Positions 52,532 through 64,000 of a stretch of DNA of 64,000 bases are shown in pieces. The stretch lies in contig JADIIX010000111.1 in NCBI GenBank assembly GCA_027604505.1, forward strand, positions 1-64,000. The letters run 5' to 3'. The notes beneath the pieces were generated by a model, which worked only from the letters and a program-made list of their open reading frames with translations, did not search any database and was not told the DNA's origin. The stretch comes from Gonapodya sp. JEL0774 (Eukaryota). Numbering within the stretch: the stretch's first letter is position 1; the number at the start of each line of letters is the position of its first letter. The position numbers and the translations under genes are program-made.

Positions 52532-55500
52532 TTAGTACATGCCATCCAGTTCGTCTATCATCAGCCTGCGAGGCTCAATTTTCCCGGTTTCCTCCTCGTC
52601 CTCCGTTTGGCTAATAAACATGTTGCGAAGTTCCGAGCGACTGCTCCTATCGTAGACTTCCTGGAACCACCGTCGTATGAATTTAAGAGAAGTTACCAAA
52701 ACAACAAGAAACAATCGTACTTCGCTGAGCCAGTGCTCGTAATTTTCTGTGAAGTTATCATCGAGTGACAGCGCTTCCGTGTATGTTCCCTGGTGACCAT
52801 CCAGATCTAATGGGTATTCTTCGGGTGGCCGGTCAGACGAGAATGAGCCTGACTCTTGCAAAGTCACAGAATACTTTTGTGCGTGAAATTGGGAGACAAT
52901 AAGGCGCAATTGCTGCTCTTGATTCTGTTGGGCAATCAGTAATTGCAAGTCAGAACACACAACTGTCAATGCAAATCTAACCTGTGCCTCATCATTGTCA
53001 ACTTCAACATCACAACACAAATTGTCATCCTTGAGGTCAGGTCGAATGTGCAGGTAAATGGCCGTAATTATCCTCATATTGCCTGATCACGAAAGAGCAT
53101 CCAATGGAGTGAAGTTAACAGTATGAGATGTCAATGGAGAGTTTTACTCACTGGTGCGCCATTTTCTGCCGAGGTACGGCAATTGGCTTTTCAGCAACTT
53201 TAACGCATAGAGTTGCACTGCCAAATGATTTACTTTCAGCACGCGCTTAAGTACGGCCGACGCTTTCCATTGAACAAGCGACACAACGCGATTCAGTTTT
53301 CGCTTCGTCAGTTTTTGAAGTACACGCAGAAGATTGATGGAGGTAAAGAAGTTCCGCCAACATGATGGTTGATACCGTTGGACGGACTGAGCTGCGAGTG
53401 CAGGGATAATGAGGGATGGACCTGCTGTACCGACAATAAAGCCACTCTGTTGGGATGACACCTGGGTTGGTGCTGAAAGATGACTGATTTGGGTACCGGA
53501 TTTCGAGTCACCATTCAGAGCAACAGGTGATCGCTCGTCTCCTCCTGTGATAACGCTCTGTGTAGTGGAAGAGGTGCTATCCTCATCTGGAGAGTGGCGA
53601 CAAAACCAAAAGAAGCTGCGAACCGAACCGCACGACTGATCAGGGAGTTTCACGGCGCACTGAGTAACATCTACTCACTTGAGTTCGTCTACATTCTCTC
53701 GCGCAGAGAGCCACGCTGCGGCCATTCCTGCACCACCTGCTGGTCCCATATTCGCCGCCGCTGATCCGGGCGCGGGAGACTTCCCTCCATCAGCGCCAGC
53801 ACCTCCAGCGGACGGATTCTGGAACCAAGTCGACAGCATCTTGAGAATCAAGATTGCACAATTGTTGTCGTGAAGGAGCTGACAAATGTGCTCAAAGTGG
53901 AGGGCGTCTTTTTCGCATGGGGACGTGGAGCGGTCAAATTGGAATGCATTGCCATATTCTGCGTATGGTAACTTACGACTGAGCTTCCCATGTTTCAACA
54001 GTAAAACAAGGATCGCTGATACCGCCTTTGTTACGACCTCTTTGTGCCTCTGTACGTCCATCCTGTCCACATACTCCTTTCGGTCCTGTCCAGGTAGTAA
54101 TCCTGTCTGTTCTGATGATGCTGCAGTGGAATCCGACCCATCTTCCACACCTTCACGAGGGGCCCCGCCGCCCGTACCACCTGACAGGTTAACTTGCTGT
54201 TGCCCAATGTTCACATAATAGAGAAGTCGAACGAGTGTGGTGATGCAGAGGGGAAGGAGCCCCAGTATGCTTCGCTGGGGAAACAGGTGAGCTCCTGTCA
54301 CCGACCAGAGAGATGCATACAGGACTCACATAAACAATATCCTCCCTCTCCAAAAATTCTGCATCCGTTTCAGGTTGATCGCTTATCGTTTCCTCACTGT
54401 CCTCCTCCAGCAGCTCTTCCAATCCCTGAGTTTTCTGACTCTTTCTGCTGTTCTTCCTGGACACTGGCAGTTCAGCTCCTTCGAGTTCATCTACTTCGTC
54501 CTCTCTCCTCCTGAAAGATGCGACTGCGACCGCCCCGTTCGCTCCGCCAGCACTATCTTTAAGCAATTCCACGTCCATGCGTTCCTTCTCTCTCGCAATT
54601 TGAACGTCTGCCAATCTGACGTAGATATTGCGCCGATAAGAATCCACTGCATTTCGTATGCTAGGTGGCACTCCGGGAATACCCGCATGAGAGGCAGGTA
54701 TTGCGAGGAGGACCGGCTGAGGGGTTTGTTGGTGAACCTGTGGCGGTCGCGGAAAGTGGTCCCAGGGAAGATTTAAGTTCGTTAATTCGGTGAGAGAAGG
54801 GAGATAGACAGAGGGGTACCGCGCCGTGGTGTCGGTAACGAATTGAGAGTACTCTTGGGGGTCAGCTTTGGCATACAGGCCTGCAAGGCAAAGAACAGGT
54901 GTAGCTGGACTACTTCCAAACCTGATTGACCCACTCACTCTCTGGGACAACGTGGGGTAGTCCCGCTCGCCGCCTCGCCTCTTCCTTGATCCCGCGCATT
55001 CGCGAAGTACCGCCGAGGGTCGCGAGAACAGTCTTCCAGGTAAGCAACAGTAGCTTACGTGTGGTCACACAAAGGAGATTAGATTAGAACACATACAATG
55101 GAGCTTACCCATACGCGCATACCTTCTTGACAGGATAGTGCTTTCTGTTTCCCTCTGCCAGTCGTGCAACGAGACCAAACAAGAAGGACACCACCGGGGG
55201 ATCGGTCTCCACAAGCTCTCTTCCGAATGCCTCCTCTCCAGTGCACCCCACAACAATCATGTACATCACGCTCAGATATATTCCCACCTCGACATTAGCA
55301 GAATCCAAGGCGCCTTGATGCGGACCGGCGTAATCAGCACCAGAATTCCCTGTGGTGTCTGCAGGGGAGGGCTGAGATTCGTGGACGAGCCGGTCCAAGG
55401 TGGAGGAGACGAGACGGAGCGCAGCGTAAACATAAGGCAAGGCGTTTGCTCGGCGGAGGAGTCGACTATTTTGGATGATGAGGGATATGTGAGCCGGTAC

Positions 55501-56985
55501 TGTTGTTGTTTCTGCAAAAGTACCTGCATTGTGTGCACTTTCGAAGTTGAGGACGTTTCCATTTGCCGCAGATTACGTGACGCTCACCTTGCGATATATA
55601 CTGTAGAATTTTTGCAGCGGCGCACCGCCTGTCCACATCTCGTGACTCCAAATCTTCGAGAATGCACGATATAAATGTGAGTTGATCTGCCTCTGGCGTC
55701 TCGGTCCACTCTGGAGGATTAGGGCCACGAATGAGAACAAATCCATGCGGGTTCGAAACTTTCAGTAACGACGCATACTCCCATCGAAGACCCTGTACAC
55801 AGGAACGCGCAATTAGTGGTCTCACGGACAACAAAGTACAAGAAAAAGCGGCGGCAATTGCGCCAACGGAGTGCCACGCTTCAAGGGCATTCTGTTCCAG
55901 AATAACCATGATCTATGCGTTTTCTCTGCAAACCCACCTTTCAAAAAGCATCCTTCCGTCTTGCACATGCGGTCCATCCTGATAGTTGTAGAACTCATCC
56001 ACCTCGTGTTGCAGTTCGTCCATATCAGCGTAGGTGAAATCGTAGAGGGGAGATTTAGACTTGGCCGCCATTTTAACCATGCGCTGAAGATCGGCCAGGG
56101 TGAGAGATTCCGGGGGATTTGAAGGAGGTGTAGTCTAATATACGGTTGGGTTGGAAGGGGGAGCAACGTGAGCCCGACAACAACAGGATTTCCGTCAAGC
56201 AATCTCGGATCCGAGTTCCAGTATGTCACTGGCCCCGATAATTGGGCAGGGCATCACCTGTATCACGCTACTGAATGATTAGAAGCAGTCTCAGCAAGAC
56301 TGAGGTATGAATATCCCAGTTGGACGACCACCTCGCACAAACCAACCCCCTATTTGAGTATGAGCCGAGCAAATTCAATGGAACTTTAGCTACTTACGGC
56401 GGCTGCGGCGTCACCAGTTCGGAAAGGTGGCGGGGAACCTGTTCTTTCGTCCACATTACCAGAAGACATAAATCTGGAGGCTATCGGATGGGGCACTTCG
56501 GGATCGTCTGGATCGAATGTGGAAGCCACTCCCGGTACAGGAGGCGATTGGCGTGAGCTGGAACCAGGGAAGCGAGTCTCTTCTGCGTGCTCCATATCCT
56601 GCTCCCGTAAAGAAAGCGGTGGACTCTCGTCTGGTACGCTAGTTAAGCCCAATGTAGCAGAGGAAGTCGGCACAGAAGAAGAAGAAGAGGAATTTCCGGA
56701 CGAAGCTCGAGCAATAGAGGGAGAAAGAGTAGCGAGGAGACCCGAAGAGGTTGGCTGGGCGGGAGACGACGTGCGACCGTAAATCTGAGACGCATTCAAT
56801 ATTGTAGTGTATCGCTTGTTAGGCTGGACGTGGGCAGGAGGTGGAAGATGTACTTCATTGTGTTGTTCATCCAGAACCAATGTCGGTCAGGGCAATCAAT
56901 GGCAATGATTGTGAGCAACATCGCGATAGTGACGCCACAAGCAGCAAATCTCACGTCCACCCTTGTTTTCCGTTGTCGTTGTCAT
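52532..56985 (-). CDS. FAR11: STRIPAK subunit Far11/STRIP1 (N1221 + DUF3402)
   Basis: FTYADMDELQHEVDEFYNY, LQYISQG, YPVKK, RHKEVVTKAVSAILVLLLK, CWRNFFTSINLLRVLQKLTKRK, LKSQLPYLGRKWR, NMRIITAIYLHIRPDLKDD. Start codon is inferred. Confidence 0.93.
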
Positions 56986-57292
56986 CGCGCTCTCTTTCGA
57001 TATCTCCGATTGGTAACCACAAGTGGTTTAACCTTTCTCCGAGAAGACTGCTTCCGGTGCGACAAAGAACCTGATCTTGAGCTGGATACCAAACAGACTG
57101 CGGGAGTGTTTTCGGTGCCCTTTTTAATGTAGCAATTGTGGTTTGTTATTAGTCGGTTCGAGGTCGTCATCACTCGGTAGGCAGACAGCTTCATCATGAA
57201 CCACACATAATATGATATAGATATATACAGCCTTCCAGAGTGATACTACAGTTCATTTTCAAACTTCCTCGGACGCCCCAATACTGATGCAT

Positions 57293-57985
57293 TTATTCAT
57301 TCTTACAGGGAAGTGGGTAAGACGAACTCCTCTTCACCTCTGGCTCAAACAAGGGCATTCTTTTCACCTTATCCGGTGCAGTGACATTAAAATGTAAGAT
57401 TTTTCTGTTCACTGCAGCGATTATGTCCTGTCTCTCTTTGTCCGACCAATGTGGTTCCAGCAGCTTCTCTGCGGCCTCCTGAATGCTCTTATGGATGTTT
57501 CCCAGCATTTCTACCCATTCAGGCTTATAACCTTGTCCAGCAAGAACTTTATTCACTTGCCATTCGAGTTCGTCGACACCCGGTGGGGCGAAAGAAGGAG
57601 GAGGAAGAGGCTTCCCCTTTCCCGGAAGGTTTTCGAATGTGCCTCGTCTCTGAGCAGCTTGGATCTGTCTCTCCACCAGTGCTTCCCATCCAGACAGGGC
57701 AGACACGCCTAAAGGGAGTCCTGTTCCAAGGGGAACGTCGAGATCGTGAAGAGATTCAGGTGGAAGAAGGGAGGCAGTACGAGCTCTAGAAGAAGAGCTC
57801 TTCTCTGATGGATTCTCTGTCGCTGTCAAATCACCACTCGAGGAGGCACTTGACGATCCATTCGTTTGAGGAGAGAACTTGCTGCGAGAAGATGAAGATT
57901 TCTGGGCGACCGGAGAGCTCTGCAGAGCCGAAAGACGGGCAGAAAGAGTTTCAGCCAGTCGAGAATACAGACTGCGCTTCGACAT
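57293..57985 (-). CDS. DUF1992 (DnaJ C28-like conserved domain) protein
   Basis: LVERQIQAAQRRGTFENLPGKGKPL...VNKVLAGQGYKPEWVE...NRKILHFNVTAP. Start at MSKRSLY is inferred. Confidence 0.8.
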   Translation of the reverse strand: MSKRSLYSRLAETLSARLSALQSSPVAQKSSSSRSKFSPQTNGSSSASSSGDLTATENPSEKSSSSRARTASLLPPESLHDLDVPLGTGLPLGVSALSGWEALVERQIQAAQRRGTFENLPGKGKPLPPPSFAPPGVDELEWQVNKVLAGQGYKPEWVEMLGNIHKSIQEAAEKLLEPHWSDKERQDIIAAVNRKILHFNVTAPDKVKRMPLFEPEVKRSSSYPLPCKNE

Positions 57986-58169
57986 GGGCGACGAGGGCTC
58001 GTCTCCGCCAATTCGAACTTGTGGTGGTGAACAGTCATATCTGTCTGTCCTCAGGAGATCTGCCGGCAATATTTTTTTCCGATCCGAAGCTTCGAATCGA
58101 CGGATCCGCGTTTCCCCAATTCCACATCCACTTTGCTTCCAGCGGACTCGATTACATAACTTCTGAGGG

Positions 58170-60477
58170 ATGACATCGGTGGAATCCCTCCCGTCCAGAC
58201 CAAATCTGGAGTCTCCAGACGATTCCGAAAGTTCACCACTCGCTGCTCGGCCCGCTCCCGTCGTTGTGGAAAGCAAAGCAGTAGAGGGGAACTCAGAGCA
58301 GAAAGCATCGGAGTTGGGCAAGGGGCGGGAGTCCTCGAAATCCTTTCCCGAGGGTGAATGGGGTTGGGTCGTAGTGGTTGCGAGTTTCGTACTTTTGGTG
58401 AGCACTACTGCGAAATTCGCCATATTAAAGTTTCAATTTCACCGTATCGCCATCCGTCGACTGCAGTTTTGCACAGCGGGTCCTCAGGTACTGTCGTATA
58501 CGGAGCTTATGATAATCGGGAACCATTGCATCAACCTTTTTCACAATCGGACAGTGGTCTCTTGGGACTTATGTCAGGGTGAGAGTCACTAAGGATTTTG
58601 CCGTATGGATATTTTGATAGGTAATGCCGAACTCTCAATAGTTCTTCACAGCCGACAATACGTTTCAGTAAGACGCCCATCACTTTCCTCCATGTTGTTC
58701 TCAAATTACAATTCCGAAATCCTTCAGTGGCGCGACGTACTTCACCATTTCATTTATTCCTTCTCTTTGCAACCTTGGTTTCCCTTTGCGTAAGCACATA
58801 CATTGGTCAGGTGAATTCTTTGCTACCCTTTTCCTGACATCCATTCACTTCTCAGTGGGACCCGCCGCTGGCAAGGCCGCTGACTACTTTGGACCCCGCC
58901 GTGCCGCTCTGTTTGGTGTCACGTTACAAACCATTGGCCTTACGCTGGCCAGTTTCGGAACAGAGGTTCGAGCTCGTTTCCTGTTGAGTTAACAACCACC
59001 GAAGCTGTGTCTCTCTCATTAACAAACGACGAAATTGGTCTTCTCAGGCTTGGCATGTTCTTCTTACCCAAGGTTTCCTCTTTGGGTGTGGAGAAACGAT
59101 AATATACCTGGCATTTGTAAACGCGGTGAGCCAGTACTTCCTCAAGAGAAGAGGGATGGCTATTGGGCTCGCCGTATCGGGCAGTGGTATTGGGTGAGTT
59201 ATCGCCAAGAGGTTGAAGGCATTTGCGTCGTTGATACCTTCCAACTCCCCTTACTTTCAACAGGGGTCTTGTACTCTCCCCTATATCGCAGATTCTCATC
59301 GATGCCGTAGGCTGGCGATGGTCACTTCGGATTCTCGCTATTATAGTTGCAGCGAGTAAGTTCAAGTCTGCAAGGAGAACTTTCAATAACCTCATAGATT
59401 ATTCAACCACCACCCCACTTTTGTTCCGTTGCGTTCCATTGTTACGCAGTCGGTGGTCTCTCTGCAGCACTCTACCGCGCCCGAATACCCTCTGGGCTTA
59501 TGTTGAAGCGTATCAGTGCGGTATCTGGTGAAAAGGCCCCACCACGCCCCCGAATCTTTGATTTGCAATACTTCAAAGACACTTGGTTCGCGGTGCTCTA
59601 CGCAAGCGGTATGGTCACTGGATTTGGATACTTCAGTAAGTCTTCTCGATGTGATTCGTGGCGAGTCAGCCGCGATTCAAAGAATGTACTTGCTAGTTCC
59701 TTTCAGCTACATCGTGTACGTCTTGACCAATGCATACAGAGGAATGTATAGTCCTTTTGACGGAACTTCTTTTCCGTTGCGCCAGCTCATACGCAACCTC
59801 GATTGGAATTTCCTCTTCGAACGCATCACTGATTCTGGGTCTCATGAATGGCGCTGGTGCATGTGGACGGTGAGTCAGTTACACCGTATCCATTGATTAG
59901 TTCACTCTCCATTGCGTATCAAAGGCCCCTCGTCTAAGCAGAAACGATTTTACCGTTTTAGGGTTTTCTGGGGCATCGCCGGTGACAGGATTGGCCACGT
60001 TAATGCCTTCCTCATTTGCCAATTCGGCGCGCCACTAGCCATCTTGCTCATATGGCCCTTCGCGAGCTCATTTGGAAGTACACTGTTGTTGGGATTGTTT
60101 TACGGGTTCTTTGCGGCAGGTTTTATATCTGTGATGCCTCTTGTGATGACCACCCTGGCCCCCGATAGCTCCGTGGCCGGTCGTCTGGGATTGCAAATGT
60201 CAAGTGGGCTCATAAATACGCTCGCGGGACCGCCTATTGGTGGAGCACTGGTGAGTAACATCCCCTCCACAGATGGAAACGTCTGATGTTGATGTTCCGC
60301 ATCTGCAATCAAACGGGAAATCAGCTTGATGCCAACACGACGTACGTAGATGGTGTCAAGCACGTGAATTACCTACCAACGATACTGTACGGGGGATCGC
60401 TGTTGTTTTTGGGGGCATTACCGCTTCTTTGGATTCGTTGGAAAGCTGGTGGTGGCAGATTGTTGGCCAGAATTTGA
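58170..60477 (+). CDS. MFS transporter, monocarboxylate porter (Mch-like) family
   Basis: FPEGEWGWVVVVASF, GKAADYFGPR, QYFLKRRGMAIGLAVSGSGIG, GWRWSLR, GRVFWGIAGDRIG, LAGPPIGGAL. Confidence 0.92.
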
Positions 60478-60655
60478 AACTAATCGCACATGATGTTATT
60501 ATTCTACGGTAGAAGCAAAAAAACTTCCTGATCGAAAAATTATTTGATTTTGTAATATGCTACTACATATATACATATAAACATTGCAATGGTATACTTA
60601 CTGCGCATGTTGCACAACGAAGGAACGACTTTCGACTTTGGATCCCCGAGACAAA

Positions 60656-63600
60656 TCAGTCATCCCCAAACGCACCCAACGGATCCGCAATCCTCGTTCC
60701 TTGCACTTCATGCCGTACAGCGCCGGTCAACGACACGCCACTCGTCACCCCCCTCCCAGCACTCGCCTTGACCGCGTTTGCCAGGAATGCATTCCCGGTT
60801 TCGGTTGCGACCCCGACGGCTCCACGGGCGCGCTCCGCGACGGAGCCAACGAGGCTGGGAAGTTGAGAGAATGCTGAACGCGCTTCAGATAGAATCTCTG
60901 CAAACGGTGCGGCGCCGGGTGAGGTTGGTGGCCGGCGGGACTGCGAGAGATCTCGTTCCATTGGCTCGTAGATAGACCGGGAGGGCGAGATTGGAAGTTG
61001 AGCAGATACTGGCACAGTGAAACACGTCACAATTTGTTCACAGCTGACGAATGCCCATTTTAACTCACTGTTCACCGGATTCGGTAGAGCCTCTACCCCG
61101 TTTGTGGCAATACTTTCTCCTCCTTCTCCTCCCATAACATCCTCCATATCTAGCATGGTTACCGTAGCCACGTGACCTTCTCGCTTGTTCGCTCCACTTT
61201 GAGATATCACCGACGTTGGAGCCGTAATATGCTTCACAGCTATGTCTGTTGTCCGCTCCACATCTCCCTCCATCCCCATCTCCCTCAAGCTCTCCACCAA
61301 TCTCTTCATTTCATCGAGTCTTGCGATAGCTCCTTCCCAAGCCTGCTTCCACTCCGAGCCCGATGCTGCAACTCCTTGAGCGGGCTCCAAATCACGAAAA
61401 CCTGCTAGAGCAGCTTCCAGCACATCCACTGTTGCTAATATGCGCGCAGGAAGGGTAGAATGTGAGGGATGATCAGTGGAGGGAGCTCCCTGCGCTTGAA
61501 CAACTGGAGGGGATCCTGCAAACCTTCCCATGGTGGTCCCCGTTGGTGGCTCACCGAGTCCGGGTTTGTCCCCATTCACGTTTTCGTTATTTTGATAATG
61601 TCCTATCCAGGGACTGATTTTCACGCCCGATCCACCCATGCGCCCGGCAACAGCAGCGTAGAGGCCTTTTTCTGACCGTTGACGATCTCCAGAATCCTCA
61701 TAATATCTTTTACCCCAGCTATTGGTCTCATCATCATCTCTCAGCCATCCGCCAGTGGTGGATCGCGTGGATCCTGGTTCTCCTCCGCCATACCCTCTCG
61801 TACCAGCGGCTAGGTTTCCCAATCCCTGCAAACCATGTACGGCTCCTGCAATGATTTCTTGCATTCCCGCCAGAGCTTGTGGAATTTGCACCTGGACTTG
61901 CGCTAGACCCTGCGCGATGCCTCCGCTGGGTCCGGTGGAAGAACCCCTACTTGTCTCAGTTGTTGTTCGACCCGCTCCCCCAAGTATCATGCCTACACCA
62001 ACACCACTTCCAGTTCCGGTCCCAGAAGCTCCTCCTCCAAGATCTGTCCAACCATCTGTCTCCACCGATCCCACTCTTAAGGCGCGCGGATCGACAAGCT
62101 CCCCCACCCCAGGTCGTCCTCCCAATGACCGAGCTAAAAACTGGGCGCGGAGGTCCCATGCCCGCGCTGCTAAGCGTGCTGGCGAGAGTGTGGGATTCGG
62201 ATCATTGAACCTCATAAGAGCTCGAAGCGCAGTCGCGGAGGAGGAGGAAAGGACTGAATGACGAGGTCATACGGTGTACATCGGAGATCGGAGATTCTTT
62301 AGCTGCACCTCCGGCCAAAGAACAGCCTGCGTGTACTCACGCTCCCCCCTAGCCTCGCCGACAATCGCCACCGCCGTCCACTCCACCAAACCCGCCGTCC
62401 CTGCGTCCCAACCCCTCCACAGATCCGCATGTTTTGCTGATTCCGTGTCGTCACCGGCATCTGAGTGAGAAAGCGAAAAACGCCTATCCGAGGAAAATAG
62501 AGCGTCCCACAGGTCCAGCACGGCAGCAAGCGGGAATTCGCGTGCAAAGAGCAAGCGGAAAAACCGGCTGCGATAGAACAAAAGTAAATAGCCAATGAGA
62601 TTAACCTCACCAAACATAGACTGCAGTGTCCCTACGTAGGCAACTCACATGCCATACATCTGCCCTTCCACCCCAACCCTTTTCATCGCATCTTCCACCT
62701 CTGGATCAGCCCATTTGACCATCTCGTCTTGGACACCTTTACATACCCAGAATATGGGCGGTTTGGCCGTGGCTGTCGCTTGAGCTGACCCGAACTGGGG
62801 TGGAGAATGCTCGTAGAATGGTTCGAGGACACGCATAATGCGGGAGAAAACTAGGTGCACGTCGTGCTCTATGTAGGAGGGGTCCAGGAGTGTCCGAAGA
62901 AATAAGGAGGTGTCCTCTACTTTGTAACTCCCAACCAAACTCGACGTAATTGGAACCCCATTCAAAGGGTCCCTTTGACTCCGTGCACTAGCTGCATCGC
63001 CTTGCCAGTGCCATCCCTCCACGACGTTTCCGTCAGCATCCCACCCTCTTTCGAGTGCAAGTGCGTACAGTACCGCTGCGCAGACTTCGTGCATGCCTTG
63101 TCGGTATCCGACCGTGGGGTGCGTGCGAGACCAGCAAAACAAAACTGAAGTGCAAATGGCATGGGCAGAGATGCGAGGGTGCGAAGGATTCGTCGAAGAG
63201 GGCAAGGACGAAGAAGGCGAGCCTGGAGCAGAGGAAGAAGAGGGCCGAAAGAATCCCACATCGGGGAATGTTCTCTCCACATCCTGAGTAATAGTTCGAC
63301 GAAGATCTACGTCGGAAAAATATTGGATCCAAGGACTATCAGGGGCCAGACTCAGGGGATCAGGAATATGTGTGGATGTGGGTCTTGAAACGGTCGATAC
63401 AGACTCCGAGAGTGAGCTAGAAGGACTCAGAGTGCCACCAAAATAAGGAGAGATTGGTGCCGAGAGTCCAGATGGCGTCGAAGCAGGGGCGGTTGCCGCC
63501 GTAGGGAGTGCCTCGAGTCCGGCCTTCAACATCGCATATTCTGTGCGTTGAGAGGACAAAGCGGCAATCCATGGTGTAGTGGCAAGCGGGGCGCTAGATG

Positions 63601-64000
63601 GGGCCAAGGGGCGTGGAGGCAAAAGCTCGAGGAAGAACTGAGTTCAATGGGACAGCATGAGACCCGAGGTTGCTGAGGGCAAAGTACCATACTCAGCGAG
63701 AATCTTCTTCAACTCTACAGGTCGCCGTTCAGAAAGGCTCAATATAGTTTGAAGCACTCTCACATCCATCCACGTTTGTGTCAAGCAAACTTCCCCCAAA
63801 AAATAGTCCTGGAACACTTCGACGGACGACTCGGTAAGTCCTTAACTCACCATCCAAGATAAAGTGCGCAGCCCCTTTTGGGTCACTATACCGGGATTTC
63901 TCAGTACAAATGCATTGAGCTGGGAGAGTTTTGGAGGGCGGGGTTGGAGAGTAGGGTTTGGAACGTGGGAGACTCGGTTGAGGTTTGCGAGAGAAGTGAG
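60656..64000 (-). CDS. TBC-domain Rab GTPase-activating protein (TBC1D5/Gyp6-like); 5' end may lie outside the window
   Basis: ITQDVERTFPD (Arg finger), YRQGMHE (Gln finger), IEHDVHLVFSRIM, RFFRLLFAREF...DLWDALF. Confidence 0.88.

Overview
Eukaryotic, intron-rich, gene-dense DNA. It is fungal, and probably from an early-diverging lineage (inferred from gene content). Most ORF-track entries are exon fragments or noise, so I rebuilt gene models by hand from GT-AG sites; the exact ends of several genes are approximate. About 22 protein-coding loci are supported: MDR oxidoreductase, Tctex1 dynein light chain, PET191/COA5, proteasome alpha-1, a divergent homogentisate 1,2-dioxygenase, RVS167-like BAR-SH3, cytochrome P450, C2H2 zinc-finger TF, DDHD lipase, an AcrB-like TM/coiled-coil protein, YIP1, a class III aminotransferase, aromatic amino acid decarboxylase, MIF-family tautomerase, ECM4-type GST, GATA TF, a large coiled-coil protein, FAR11, a DUF1992 protein, an MCT-type MFS transporter, a TBC Rab-GAP and an ESCRT-III-like gene. 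There is also a disabled YncE-like beta-propeller pseudogene and a CpG-depleted transposon relic. The most notable item is that ESCRT-III-like gene (39601-41876, minus strand), which the ORF track does not show: its spliced product is a CHMP2B/Vps2-like core fused to a C-terminal ubiquitin-like domain. Also notable are an aminotransferase/decarboxylase/tautomerase/GST neighbourhood that may handle aromatic amines, and the remodelled substrate pocket of the HGD-like enzyme.
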